Shown here: piece after piece, positions 27,307 through 39,920 of the stretch
Layout: every line of letters begins with the position of its first letter
Numbering within the stretch: the stretch's first letter is position 1
NCBI RefSeq assembly: GCF_001194135.2
Contig: NC_068989.1
Span: 72,126,293 to 72,179,713 of the forward strand
DNA: 53,421 nucleotides
Origin: Octopus bimaculoides
Taxonomy: Eukaryota
Reading direction: 5' to 3'
Notes under the pieces: model-generated
Told to the model about the DNA's origin: nothing
What the model saw: the letters and a program-made list of their open reading frames with translations, nothing else
Databases searched by the model: none
Position numbers and translations under genes: made by a program

Positions 27307-27554
27307 AGAAATTATTCAGACTGTATACAATTATTTGAATCACTTCGTAAACGCAATGTCCTATTTCTATGGGGAGTTCAACAACAAAAGGCATTTGAGC
27401 ATTTGAAAAGTGATGTTGGTGTCAGAACCAGTGGCCCAGATTTAGAATGTCAAGAAAGAGATTACATAAACAACTGACGAAAGTGGAAAAGCTATATAAG
27501 AAATACTTTCACATGGCGGCCATTTTGTAGGGAGATATTTTACTTGGCCGAGAA
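27307..27554 (+). pseudogene. Decayed Ty3/Gypsy pol fragment (RT connection to RNase H)
   Basis: RNYSDCIQLFESLRKRNVLFLWGVQQQKAFEHLKS, then after a frameshift KKEIT*TTDESGKAI*EILSHGGH. This resembles the Gypsy W..QQKAFE.LK and TDAS..AIG.ILSQ motifs. It contains stops and a frameshift. Confidence 0.65.
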
Positions 27555-27804
27555 TTGGAATGGGTTTCAGATCATAGACCACACACACACACACACTGAT
27601 AAAAGCGAAATTCTGTCTGTCCGTCTTGGACACCTGTATCTCAATCTACAATTGCTCTACATAGGCATATTATACCTTTTTGGAATCAGGATGATCCCGG
27701 GATTGAAAATCTACCCTTTATTTGGTTCTTAAACATCTAGCATTGGGATCTGATTTAAAAGCATTTGTGTAGCTATTTCTAGCAGGTGAAGCTTGGCTGA
27801 TTCA

Positions 27805-27838
27805 CGCCATCTTGGTTGGCATTTATCAGATGACGTCA
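27805..27838 (-). promoter_or_regulatory. YY1-like site and full CRE palindrome; candidate promoter
   Basis: CGCCATCTT at 27805-27813 (AAGATGGCG on the minus strand) and TGACGTCA at 27831-27838, in a CpG-retaining region. Confidence 0.4.
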
Positions 27839-29253
27839 GAGATCAAGGGGGAGATAAATGATATTCGCTTCGTTAATTTTAGGTCTAAATAAGAACTTTG
27901 GGACAAATTGGCCAACAGTTGGAATTCAACTTGGAACTGGACCAATAGAATGATTGCATTACAGAATTAATTCGCATCCGTCCTTAACTTCTGATCAAAC
28001 ACCACCGGGGCATATAATCATTATAGACGTATTATATTCATGCTATTTAGTTTTCTTTAGTTTTGGGCCGTAGGCCCAATTAGCTGGAGCTAGCTTAAGT
28101 GCAGCTTTTAAGCTAGTATATATATAGATATATCGAAAGTAACAGCAATATGTATTTGAAGATGTGAAACGATATGCGAATTCAGTTCTGTATTTAAGAG
28201 ATGAGGAATTATGCATATTATTTACATGTGACGGATATAACAAACAAGATGAAGACAAATATCCGTCAAATATAAATAATGTAGATATGCGAATTGTTAG
28301 ACATATGCGAGAATAAAATCCTAACTGCTTCACGTAATGAAATTAAAGCATGGTTACATGCACCTATTGATCACGCTTCTATCAAGAATTTGAACAAAAT
28401 GTTCGAGAAATAAATGAAATTTCTGAAAGAGCGATCGCAAGTATTATAAAAGTGGGTTTTAAAAGATATTCATCAAATAATACATATTTGAGTGACGTGA
28501 CATGCGTTTGAGCTATCAAATAATTCTACATTCAAGAAATCGTTGTCCATTTTCTTTGACAGGGTGCAAAGAGCTGTAACAATGTTTTGTGCAACTGCAC
28601 CTCCAATTTGATGTCAATACAAAAGAAATGAAGAACTCCAGCAAACCAGTCACAACAGGGTTCTTTACATTTAGCGCATTTATAATTCGCAGAATATAAA
28701 TTATTATTATTTTTATAGATGCATCTCCATATTTGAAGGCTAATACATATAGTTCAGCTAGTATGGCGTTGAGAAGGGATATTCTAAATGAATACAAAGT
28801 TTCCATGGTTATTTTACCTGAAGCATTGTAGTGACTAGTTAGTAGACAGGTTTGAGAGATTTAAAAGGTTAACTTTGGAAGACAACGGCTTAGAAACAAT
28901 ATATTATGTGGGGAATTTAAATCGGCGGACCTTTCGTAAACCTAAAAAATGCTCCAACGTCACGCAAATTCACTAACATATAGAATTATTATTTAAATTA
29001 TTTAGACCCAAGAGTTTAAATATCTTTCCCTGATACACAACACAAGCAATGTAAATTGTGTGTGTAATCTAACGTTGAAAATGTGACTACATTAATTTTA
29101 ACTTGTTAGTTGTGCTCTAAAGCAGAAACTGCGCAATAAACTGTTTCTTACGCGTTTAAAAATCTTAATTTGATTTAATGGGGAAAATAATAATTAAGCT
29201 CATTTCTCGGTTGACAAATCGTTAAATGTCGTAGAAAAGCGAATACAAATTGC

Positions 29254-29320
29254 ACCGGAAGTGACGATAATAAAATCTCATACATACATGCACCGAAAAC
29301 ATCAGCAGAATAGTGACGTA
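29254..29320 (+). promoter_or_regulatory. ETS motif overlapping a CRE half-site; candidate promoter
   Basis: ACCGGAAGTGACG at 29254-29266 and a second GTGACGTA near 29313, in a CpG-retaining region. Confidence 0.4.
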
Positions 29321-29500
29321 AAGGGAACTGGGAGTTTCGTGCAGTAGATGTGGGTTTAGGGAAATGCTGCCTGTTTGAGATCTTCTGTCGTCTGTGAAAC
29401 AGCTTGCCCCATTGTAACGCTATAGTTATTACCAGGGACGCATTTGATATTAGATAGGTAGGCTTCCTGTTTTAGTTTAGGTCATATATATAGCTGTGAA

Positions 29501-29887
29501 GTGGAGGCGCAATGGCCCAGTGGTTAGGGCAGCGGACTCGCGGTCATAGGATCGCGGTTTCGATTCCCAGATCGGGCGTTGTGAGTGTTTATTGAACGAA
29601 AACACCTAAAGCTCCACGAGGCTCCGGCAGGGGATGGTGGCGAACCCTGCTGTACTCTTTCACCACAACTTTGTCTCACTCTTACTTCCTGTTTCTGTTG
29701 GGCCTGTAATTCAAAGGGTCAGCCTTGTCACACTGTGTCACGCTGAATATCCCCGAGAACTACGTTAAGAGTACACGTGTCTGTGGAGTGCTCAGCCACT
29801 TGCACGTTAATTTCACGAGCAGGCTGTTCCGTTGATCGGATCAACTGGAACCCTCGACGTCGTAAGCGACGGAGTGCCAACAACAAC
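29501..29887 (+). mobile_element. tRNA-derived SINE family B, full-length young copy
   Basis: A box TGGCCCAGTGG, B box GGTTTCGATTCC and a (CAA)n tail. An 11-bp TSD atagctgtgaa lies at 29490-29500 and 29888-29898. Confidence 0.92.
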
Positions 29888-30848
29888 ATAGCTGTGAATC
29901 ATTCTTAAAATTTTGTTCATCTATTGATATATGCATTCTAGAAAAGACTATGGAAGGGCGTTAGATACTCACCAAGAAGAAACTCATGTGATAATGTTGA
30001 ACAAGTGAAGCTTTATTAAGATCGTACCTGTATGAGCAAAACAGTTTCAGAGACATTGAAGCAACTTTAACAACGTTCTATGCATAGTTTTCATGTTATA
30101 TAAATATAATGAAATTATGTAATTTCACTCGTCACTTTCACTTCCTGCTGTAATTTGCTTGCACCTTTTTAGGACACTAAACTCCACATTAGTCCTATTA
30201 TTATTATATGACGAGCTTAATGCATCGAAAAGGGACAGAAAAGCAAGTCTGTTGGTCAGCACCCGATAACGTGAAGCCCACCTACCCGTTTATCGTTACC
30301 CTTTACTTTGATTATTATAATTTACTCAATCTATTCAATTCAAAGTGTGTTGAATCTCGGAAATATACCGAGTACTGACTGACTCAATCTTAAACACCCA
30401 GACGGTCATATTTTTATCGGCAATGATTCACCTTTTGTATTACAAATATCACTTCAGCGCTCAAATGTTTTATCGACGATCTCAGCAGTTTACGGAAAAA
30501 AAAAAATATTGTCTTATGAGCGTGCCTTTTTATCACCGTAATACAACCGTATAAAATTGGTAAATCACGACAGATCGAGAACGGTATATAATACCCACTT
30601 TTATATTAGAAGAAGCAAATATAAAAATACTAAAGAAAAAAAAGAAAGAAATTCAGGTTAAAGAACAGTTAAATGTTGCTGTTGCTGAATCTCTTTGTAG
30701 CCTCCATGAATTGGAAGATCTTATTTATGGTCGGTGGATCCTTGAAAATGCACTGCACCTTCTGTCTAACCTTAATTTTTCTCTCATAGACTGGTTATTT
30801 TTGCATGAAAGCGGAAGACAGTGAAATAACTAACTATAGCAATAGAAG

Positions 30849-31133
30849 AACAAGTGCAGTGTCATTGAATCGGAATTGATAGCCTGCAAACATTTAATTT
30901 AAAGTTTATTGGGATACGAAAGTATTCCAAATATTGGATTAATCTTAAACACCCTGTTGGTGTGCATAAAAGTTGAAGGTTGTTTAGTACTGTAATAACA
31001 GAAACAAACAAGTGCAGAATCACTGAATTGGAATTAATAATTTGCAAACATTTAAGTTGCATGGCAATCTCGGAAATATTCCAAGTATTGGATCAATCTT
31101 AAACAACCAGTTGTTCATAAAAGTTGAAGGCAG
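30849..31133 (+). repeat. Diverged two-copy tandem duplication, period about 157 bp
   Basis: aacaagtgcag, tgcaaacatttaa, tattccaa(a/g)tattggat(t/c)aatcttaaaca and cataaaagttgaagg each occur twice, in order. Confidence 0.85.
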
Positions 31134-32226
31134 TATACAAGTATTCAATGTTCCCCACTAATATTTTGTTGTGGGAGGGCACAGAAATTTGCTTGCGTGA
31201 GAGAATGTTGTCTTTCTTTACAAATTATGTGCATTCACGCGAATAATGACATCATTAAAAAGAATTCGATTTCGTTTTGAAAACCATGTACGAGCTTAGA
31301 GGGAAGATCGCACACTTTGTATAGTACGATATAGCCCTTCAAAATGCATGGCCCCGAGCATATGTTCTCTTTGTTAGTGGTTTAATCCAGCGCTGGTTAC
31401 ACTTACCCAATAATTAAATTGATATAAGTATCTTCACACCCTGCCACGCACACACACTCAACGTCATGCAACGCATATAAGAGACGGTATAATAAGATAA
31501 GTGTATGTATTTATATAGGTACGATGAGTGAGACGAAATTGGAATATATAAGAACGTTTCTTATCAGACTCCCTATGTTTAATGACCTTGTTTCCCTTTC
31601 TCTATCTATCTGCCCCTAATTTTTCTCTATTTTTTTTTACTGCTCACTGCTTGACGTTTCAATGTTCATATCTACAGTTTTTTTTTTATATAAGGGCACT
31701 TAGTTTGATTTAAGAACTTCAGATTGGATCTTTTAATAATAGCATTACTTGATGCATCACAGTTAGTTAGACCTCAACCAAACTAATTACCTGACAGTGT
31801 GTATGTATACTTGCATACTACGGTCGCCAGTTTTCTTAGTCATAAAAAAGAAAAGCAAAAAAAAACTTAAAATGTTCAAAGCTGATTCACAAGTTGTGTT
31901 GGTTATTTATACTTTTTCTTTTTCCACTAAATTTCCTATTTTCTGTCATTTCGACATAGCCTAACAGGCGGTAACAAGTGTAGAAAGTTCAATTTAAGAG
32001 AATTCTCGAATGTTTTCTATAAATCAATTTTTGCGAATTTATTATCAAAAGCGATCTGTCTGCTTTTCAGTTATCATACTTTGTTTTATCCATTCTGATC
32101 GTCGTTACTGCTGCTATAGTTTAACCCCAGGTTAGTCCTGATCGAGAACTTTTATCAAATACTTTCCGACCGCCTTTTATTTTCTACCAGGTTTGGCGTG
32201 TCTAAGACTATTACATTATATAACGT

Positions 32227-32370
32227 GGATCTTTTTGGTTTGACGGGCAACACTTGTTTTCGAATACAAATTTTTTTATCTGTTCTATACGAAGTTTGAA
32301 AGTGTTTCGGTACCAAAAACACTACATAAAACATTAATGAAAAATGTTGCCCGTCAAACCAAAAAGATCC
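32227..32370. mobile_element. Small MITE-like element with perfect 26-bp inverted repeats
   Basis: ggatctttttggtttgacgggcaaca (32227-32252) has its exact reverse complement at 32345-32370. No clear TSD. Confidence 0.75.
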
Positions 32371-33399
32371 CTCACTTCATAGAAAATCCCTCTTTGGCTT
32401 GTGTTCTGTACATTATAATCGTTATAAAGTCGACAAATGAATATACTGCGTGTCTAAAATAGATAAAAAATACAAGGGCTACGTAGCCAATCTATGTACC
32501 GTGGATGCAGGCATGAGTAGCTCGCATTTATGAAGTTCGCATGTATAAGGCTTACCAATCATGACGTTCTAGATTCAATCCAACTTCGTGGTACTTTGGA
32601 TAGATTTTTTTTTATCATAGCCTTGGATCGGCACAGGATTTCTTAGTAAAATGGAATCATACGGAACTGTGCACTCGCTTTCTGTTTAGTTACCCTTTCT
32701 CTCTCTCTAGCTGTCTCTTTTCTCTCTCTTTATTCTTTCTTTCAGCCTGTCTTTTCTCCGCGTTCTCTCTGTCTCTCTTTCACCCTTACCAATATCTACA
32801 TATATCTTCCCCCCTCTTTCTCATCTCTACTTATATCAATTTTCCCTTTCTCTCTTCTTCATTCCTACCTATCTATATCTGTTCCTCCCTGTCTTTATCC
32901 TTCTTTATTATCTATATCTATTCCCTTGTCTCCCCACCTCTCTCTTTACTTCCTTATCTACACACATGCATTGTTGTCTTTTCTCTTAACACCAAGGTTC
33001 AAATCGTTCCAAAAGGTAATGAGAAAATCTTTGTGTGTGTCATTTCAGAAAATCTTTGTATGTGACAACTCAAACAAAATATCCCAAGGTTCATTTGCCG
33101 TTGTCACGAAACACATAACATACGATCAAGACGTTAATCAAAGAGTCACTTCACGTCGCAGACGATCAAGACGATTATCAAAGAATCATTTTCTCAAACG
33201 TCACAAACACTTGTTTGTCGGATAAGTAATATCGATTTGCTTTCGTAGTTAACTGTCACCCAAAACAACCGTTGAAGATGTCAAGAATAATCGTGGATAC
33301 ATGCTAATTTGTACATTTAGCATATATTTGCGCACACGAACGAACGTGTGCGTGTGCGTGTGCATCATCCTTATTTTACGTCTACTTTCCATACTGACA

Positions 33400-33660
33400 T
33401 TGATTGGAGGATCGTGACTAGCTCATAGATTTCAATTTTGCCATTGGTACTTGGAGTGGATGCCTTTCCTAACGCCAATTGCTTTATGGAGTGTACTGGG
33501 TTCATTTTACTACTAGTAGAGAATTTGTCATGCTCTTAGCAAAGTTAAAAGTCTTTCTTGTGTTGTCTCCTTTTGTTCACTAACCAATTTAAAGAGTGTA
33601 TTGGGAACGTTTTTAGTGTGGCGCCAGCACCAGAGAAGCTGCCTTGTCTTCAGAAGGAGT
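33400..33660 (-). mobile_element. Family D-related decayed copy or copies
   Basis: ggatgcctttcctaacgccaa...gagtgtactggg is the reverse complement of D; similar sequence occurs at about 2490-2760. Confidence 0.5.
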
Positions 33661-35179
33661 CAACATTACACTGTCTCCATTTGTTTCAAGTGAATGTGAT
33701 TGAGAGTGTGGCAGGAGAGAAAGTAGTGGTAGAGAGAAGAGTAGAGTGAGGTAGTGAGTAAAGAAAGAGTAAGACTATAAGGAAAGGAAGAGAGTGCCAG
33801 AAGTGAAATGATGGTAAAGGAAGAGTAATGAAAATGAATGGAAGGCAGCTACATATCAGTTGTTGGTGAGGACATTGAACACAGAAATACCTTGACTAGC
33901 TTGCATGATGGTGGTGAGACTAGGTAATGATGGAGTGGACTGTTGGTGGTTAGGAACAAACGTGGTGGTCCATCCTTGGTGATGCTTTTATAGGGGTAGC
34001 ACCTTTGTGTGTACTGCATAAGCCTGTACAAGCTTGGGGACCCAGTGGGGTTGGCATGGCACACTCAAGGGTTGCTTCAGGTGATACATACTCTAACTAC
34101 ACCACTGTAATTGGGTAGAATTTAAGAAAAAAAAATACTTATTCGAAGTTCACATACAAGAAATAGATACCAGATCATTTATGAACAATACCCATGCTGT
34201 TTAGCACCTTATCCAGTAGAAGATTTATTTTGCACTCATTATATGCCACAAAACTATAGTCAAGAACTAACATCCTCACAAGGCCCACCCAATCTACAAG
34301 TCATTCATTCATTAGCATATACTGAGTATATGCTATTGATTTATATCTATAGTTTAGTTACAAATCAATACTATAAATGGAGGATATGCTACTTATGCAT
34401 GCCAATAAAACTTGTATATATTAAGTTATGTGTTAACAAATGCGTGTGTTAACAAATGCTTGAATAGTGATATTGGAAATCTAGGAATGGGAATCTTGGA
34501 AAATGGAAAATAAAATCAATGAAACTCTTCATTTCCTGCTTCTTCCAAAGTAATTCTACAAGTGAGGCTGTAAAAATATGTAGAAGATTTTGGTGTAAGT
34601 ATTACTGTGATGTGAACAAATTTGCTTCATGTGACTAAATGGATCTAGATTTGATCCTACTGCTCAGCCCTTTGTACTTGTGGAATTTGGAGGACAAGAG
34701 CTGTGTAGGAATTACTGAATGGTTAAGAAGAAGTTTGTTTCACATCTCTGAGATTCTGGGTTTGATACCTCTGTGACACGATAGGTGAAGGTCTAAAGTT
34801 GACCCAAGCCTGGTGAGTGAAATTAAGTAGATAGAAGATGTAGATTGTATTTGTAATTTAATGGTCTAATTGTGACTATGTTGCATCATGCTCAGGATGC
34901 AATGTTACCCATTCACAGAGAGAGAGAGAGAGGTGGGGGAGAGAAAGCAGACCCTAATATTTGACTAGTATATTATTTGTTCACCCTGGATGTATGAAAT
35001 GCATAATTGTCATTGACAGCATTTGAACTCAGAGCACAGAGAAGTTAAACAGCCACCACAAAGTGTAATATTCATTCTACCTGACACTCTAATGATCCTG
35101 CCAAGGTGCCAAGCAGTGGGACTGAACTGAAACCAAGTGGTTACAAAGCAAGCTTCTTAACCACAAAGCCATGTTTAAA

Positions 35180-35337
35180 ATTAAATAAAATAACTTTGTC
35201 ACATTTAACCTGGAGTTAAAAAAACTTAGATTTACATGAAATTTTGATAGAAGGTTCATAATTTAAAATACTTAAAAATGAGAAGTTTGTCTTATATAGA
35301 ATCAGGGACTGACTCAGGTGGGTTGGTACCAAAAGGG
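35180..35337. mobile_element. piggyBac-like MITE family 1, one-ended fragment
   Basis: Ends in ggttggtaccaaaaggg|tcaa. The internal aaaataactttgtca...catgaaattttgatagaagg matches the family. Confidence 0.5.
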
Positions 35338-35927
35338 TCAAATATTAAACAATTTGCAAAAAAATGAAAAAAAAAAGGAATTATATTTAGTCTCTTCCCT
35401 AAAGTTAAAAGAAAGAATTATAATAATAAAAAAATTATTCATTTGTTTATCATTTATGTTTTGTGTAGATGGAAGGGCTTAAATTCAACATTTAATCTTT
35501 TATATATGAATAAATCATTATTATTAGGTAGCTGTAACCAGCTCATGTTGTTTGATCTTTGTGTGATAATCCATGAGATAATAACTAGTTTATTACCTAA
35601 TGGATAATATTAGCTGATGGGAAAATAACTAGTATATGATTACTATCTTACACGAGACATCTGCTGTTCCCTATTGTACTAAGCTTTGTGGGATAAAAAA
35701 AATTTGATTCAAATTTAGCTGAAATTCATTTCATCAATTCAAATATATTAAGCTGTTTGACAATAATAGACCAAGGGGCTGGTTGTGTTTTTAAGGGCAG
35801 ATGGTAGGGAGCTGGATTATGTAATTTGTGTTATTTACTTTGGTATCATACAGTTTCAAGTTTGTGCTGTCCTGTTTGAAAGGGGCTTGGCCAAATTTCA
35901 TCAAATAAGTACAAATAGAAATAATCA

Positions 35928-36182
35928 AATCATCATCATCATTGCCATCATCATCATCATCATCACTGTCGTCATCACCATCATCATTGTCATCATCATC
36001 ATCATTGTCATCATCATCATTACTGTCGTCATCACCATCATCATTGTCATCATCATCATCATCATCATCATCATCACCGTCACTGTCATCATCATCGTCA
36101 TCGTTGTTGTCGTCATTGTTGTGGTTGTTGTCATCATCGTCATTATCATTATTGTCATCATTATCATCGTCATCTTCATCAT
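35928..36182. repeat. Long imperfect (CAT)n/(CGT)n microsatellite
   Basis: Seen directly; it generates the poly-I, poly-M and poly-S ORFs. Confidence 0.97.
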
Positions 36183-36330
36183 TTAATGTTCATGTTCCAT
36201 GTTGACATGGATTGGATGGGTCTGAGAGGAACTGAAGGTTCCAAGGACTGCATAGTGCTCTATCGTTGACTTCAGTATGGTTTTCACAGCTGGATGCCTT
36301 TCCTAACCCCAACACTGCCTCAGAAAACAA
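36182..36330 (-). mobile_element. Family D 3' end; the adjacent (CAT)n is its expanded tail
   Basis: gttccatgttgacatgg...cagctggatgcctttcctaaccccaac is the reverse complement of D. Confidence 0.7.
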
Positions 36331-36444
36331 AACTCTGCTTCACCTCCTATGTCAACATCAACAAGGGAAGGTAAAACAGTAATGAGGATGATGATGATTC
36401 TTCATTTAACAACAACAAAAATGTAACAAAAACAAAATAATGGT

Positions 36445-36655
36445 TTCAAATTTTGGCACAAAGCCAGCAATTTTTGGAGAGGGGGATAAGTTGATAACAT
36501 TGTCCCCAGTGCTCAACTGGTATTTAATTTATCAATCCTGAAAGGATGAAAGGCAAAGTTGACCTCGGCAGGATTTGAACTCCGAATGTAAGGATGGATG
36601 AAATGCCACTAAGCATTTTGCCTGGCGTATTTACGATTCTGCCAGCTCCTGCCCT
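36445..36655 (-). mobile_element. SINE family C
   Basis: ccccagtgctcaactggta...gaaaggatgaaaggcaaagttgacctcggcaggatttgaactc is the reverse complement of C. Confidence 0.82.
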
Positions 36656-37214
36656 AAGCAAAATCACAATAATAAAAATCAATAATAAATGGTTATATTT
36701 CCCAATATCACACAATCTGGAAGTCTCCACCTTCTAAAAATTGAAAGCTTCACTTCTATGTAACAATAACTGAATATATAAATAAATAAATAAATAAATA
36801 AAAGCATATCAAATAAAATAAAATAATAAATGATTAAATAATCAAAAATAAGAGAAGACATAAACATATAATACATGTTGTATTTTTCTGGTATTTCTAA
36901 TTAATTCAACCCTTATTGTCTTTTAACGTGTAAAATGAATTCAGTTGGGGCAAAAGGTGTGATTCTCGGTGCAGGAGAAATGAATGCCAGTAGGAATTAA
37001 ATTAATAACTTAGAGCATATTGATTGATAAATGAATGCACACTTTCACTGACTGAGTCATCAATGGCACTGATTTTGTTTGGTTAATGAGCAAACACAAG
37101 CTTTACATCATTAACATGTCGAAGCTTCTCCAGTAAATGACTACTGATGAATGAACACAAGCTTTTATTGATTGGTTATTGATTGAAAACATTTAAAAGA
37201 TTATTCTACGAAGA

Positions 37215-37600
<386 letters not shown>

Positions 37601-37984
37601 GAATGATGGCTGTTGAATTATTGTATTTATTGGCCACCAAAGTGGAAAGTTGACTAATTATTTTAGACCTTCGTTGACCGCATAATTAAACACCAATCTT
37701 TATTGATTGACATTAGCTCCAATATTGACTAATTAACTATTGTGAATGCTCATTGATGAAACATTGGATAAAAAAGGAAAAAAAAAATAAATGTGGCTGA
37801 GATAAAGATAAATATCTCTGAATCAATGATGACAATAATGTGTTAGAATTTAATGAAAGATCAGGAATTGGCAGAAGAGGTTACCCAAGGGAGTTATTAG
37901 TATTACAGAGAATTTCTTCACATAATACAGAAGCATTTTTTAAAAATCTCCAGCAAGACTATCAATGATTGTTATTATCACAGC

Positions 37985-38450
37985 TGCCAAGGTAGCAAGA
38001 TGGTGGAATCATTACCATGCTGCACAAAACGCTTAGCAGCATCTTATCTGTCTTTACATTGAGTTCGAATTTCGCTGAGGTTGACTTTGCCTTTCATCCT
38101 TTTGGGGTTGATAAATTAAGTACCAGTGAAACACTGGGGTNNNNNNNNNNACGAATTTCAGGCCATGTGCCTATAACAGAAAAGATTATTATTATTATCA
38201 CTACTGTGGTGAGTTGGCAAATCATAAGCATGCTGGGCAAAATCCATAGTAACATGTCATATGTCTTTATGTTCTGAGTTCAAATTCTGCCAAGGTTGAT
38301 TTTATCTTTCATTCTTTAAGGCTTGATAAAATAAGTACCAGTTAAGTACTGGATTCAATGTAACTGACTTGCCCAAAACTTAAGGTCTTGCACCTATAGT
38401 AGAAAGGATTATTATTATTATTATTATTATTATTGTTATTTTTATTATTA
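37985..38450 (+). mobile_element. Two head-to-tail copies of SINE family C
   Basis: Same unit as at 16343, each copy ending cctata(a/g)(c/t)agaaa(a/g)gattatta. Confidence 0.8.
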
Positions 38451-38454
38451 TTAT

Positions 38455-38998
38455 TGAGTGAGAGAGCAGTGCATGCCATCAAAGTGACACTGGGGTAAAA
38501 TATATGAAGCCCAGTATACCCATCATGACTACCCATCTGGTAATGGTACACCAGGCACATGCATCACAACCATATGTGCACGACACGGTGATCTCATATT
38601 AATATAAACAGCACATGATCTTGCAGGTGGGGCCCAGTCAGAATTTTATTCAGGTCGAGTATCCCATCCCGTTCAAAAGGTGCCTGAGTAAGGGTTAAGG
38701 ATGATGAACAAAACAATCCATGTTTCCAGAGATGAATTATTCAAAGCCAAAAGAATTCCTCTCAACACATGGCCATGATGCTCCCTCACTACTTCTGCTC
38801 ATGATCAGAGACGCACATATCGTCAGCCACCAAGGGACATACTCAACTGGTTAAGGTCAAACAACTGAGAATCAAATCTGTGGTATTGAGCAGAATATTT
38901 GCTGTAGTCCATCTTTTATATCAAGACAAAACAAAGTACATGATAACACTTCCAGTCAGTTAAGGTCAGAAGCCATGTGTGCCACTGCCTGGTACTGC
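38455..38998. repeat. Unclassified interspersed repeat (about 550 bp) bounded by (TTA)n and (CAT)n tracts
   Basis: A GC-richer block with no ORF. I recall it as a common octopus repeat, but there is no second copy in this window. Confidence 0.4.
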
Positions 38999-39008
38999 AT
39001 CATCATCA

Positions 39009-39046
<38 letters not shown>

Positions 39047-39543
39047 ACCATTGTCATTATCATCATCAATATCATCTTAAGTTGCATCCCTGTGCAATAG
39101 ATCTGCTCCCCCACCAAATACGGTAAGAAAGTGGATTATTAGAAGCAGCCTGTTGCATTAGAGATTTAAGACATCCTCAAGTTGATTGTGAGCAGATGGT
39201 ATCCTTGCGTAACACATTTAACAGCTTATTGTCAAAATTAACACATATAGTAGAGAGCTGAAATAATATATATGCTTACAGTAAATAATAAATAGATAGA
39301 ATCAATGTTCTGATTAACTCATTCCTTGCTTGCTGAAGTGGTTGGTAGGTTTATATATTCAAAGACTAAGATGGAACTGATTAGATCTTCATGGTGTTTA
39401 CATTCTTTTACTGGAATTTCCATCTTCTCTTGTATGATGGCGATGTTTGTTAATAAGCATCACCTGATGTCAAGACAAGGGTTCACACATGCCCGCATAC
39501 AAAGACACATATGTGTTGTTCAAGATATCCCAAAAAAGAATAC

Positions 39544-39546
<3 letters not shown>

Positions 39547-39588
<42 letters not shown>

Positions 39589-39660
39589 NNNNNNNNNNGA
39601 GAGAGAGAGAGAGAGAGAGAGAAAGAGATAGAGAGAGAGATAGAGAGACAGAGAGAGAAA
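39547..39660. repeat. (GA)n microsatellite (gapped)
   Basis: Seen directly. Confidence 0.97.
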
Positions 39661-39826
39661 TATTTGGTGATGTAAACAGGAAAAATAGAACTTAAAACAT
39701 AAAGATAAGTTTGATAAGTGCTAACACATGAAACTCCTGGCCCTTGAGCCACTGTTGCTTCTGCTAAATATTAATAGAAATATATGTGTGTGTGTGTGTA
39801 TATTTATGTATGTGACGTATGCAAGT

Positions 39827-39920
39827 ATATGTATGTATATGAACGTATGTAATTATATGTATGTATATGAACGTATGTAATTATATGTAGGTATATGAAT
39901 GTATGTAATTATATGTATGT
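39827..39920 (+). repeat. 28-bp minisatellite, about 3 copies
   Basis: The unit gaacgtatgtaattatatgtatgtatat starts at 39841, 39869 and 39897. Confidence 0.85.

Noticed and set aside
28300-28820. QEFEQNVREINEISERAIASIIKV, loosely transposase-like
   Set aside because: The similarity is too weak to call without a profile search.
35785-36205. Three overlapping ORFs of poly-Ile, poly-Met and poly-Ser
   Set aside because: They are translations of a (CAT)n microsatellite forming the tail of a family D retroposon.
39398-39463. Possible phase-0 terminal exon of the orphan gene (catcag|VMLINKHRHHTREDGNSSKRM*)
   Set aside because: The phase is compatible, but the acceptor is only moderate and the peptide is uninformative. 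It cannot be separated from chance without cDNA.
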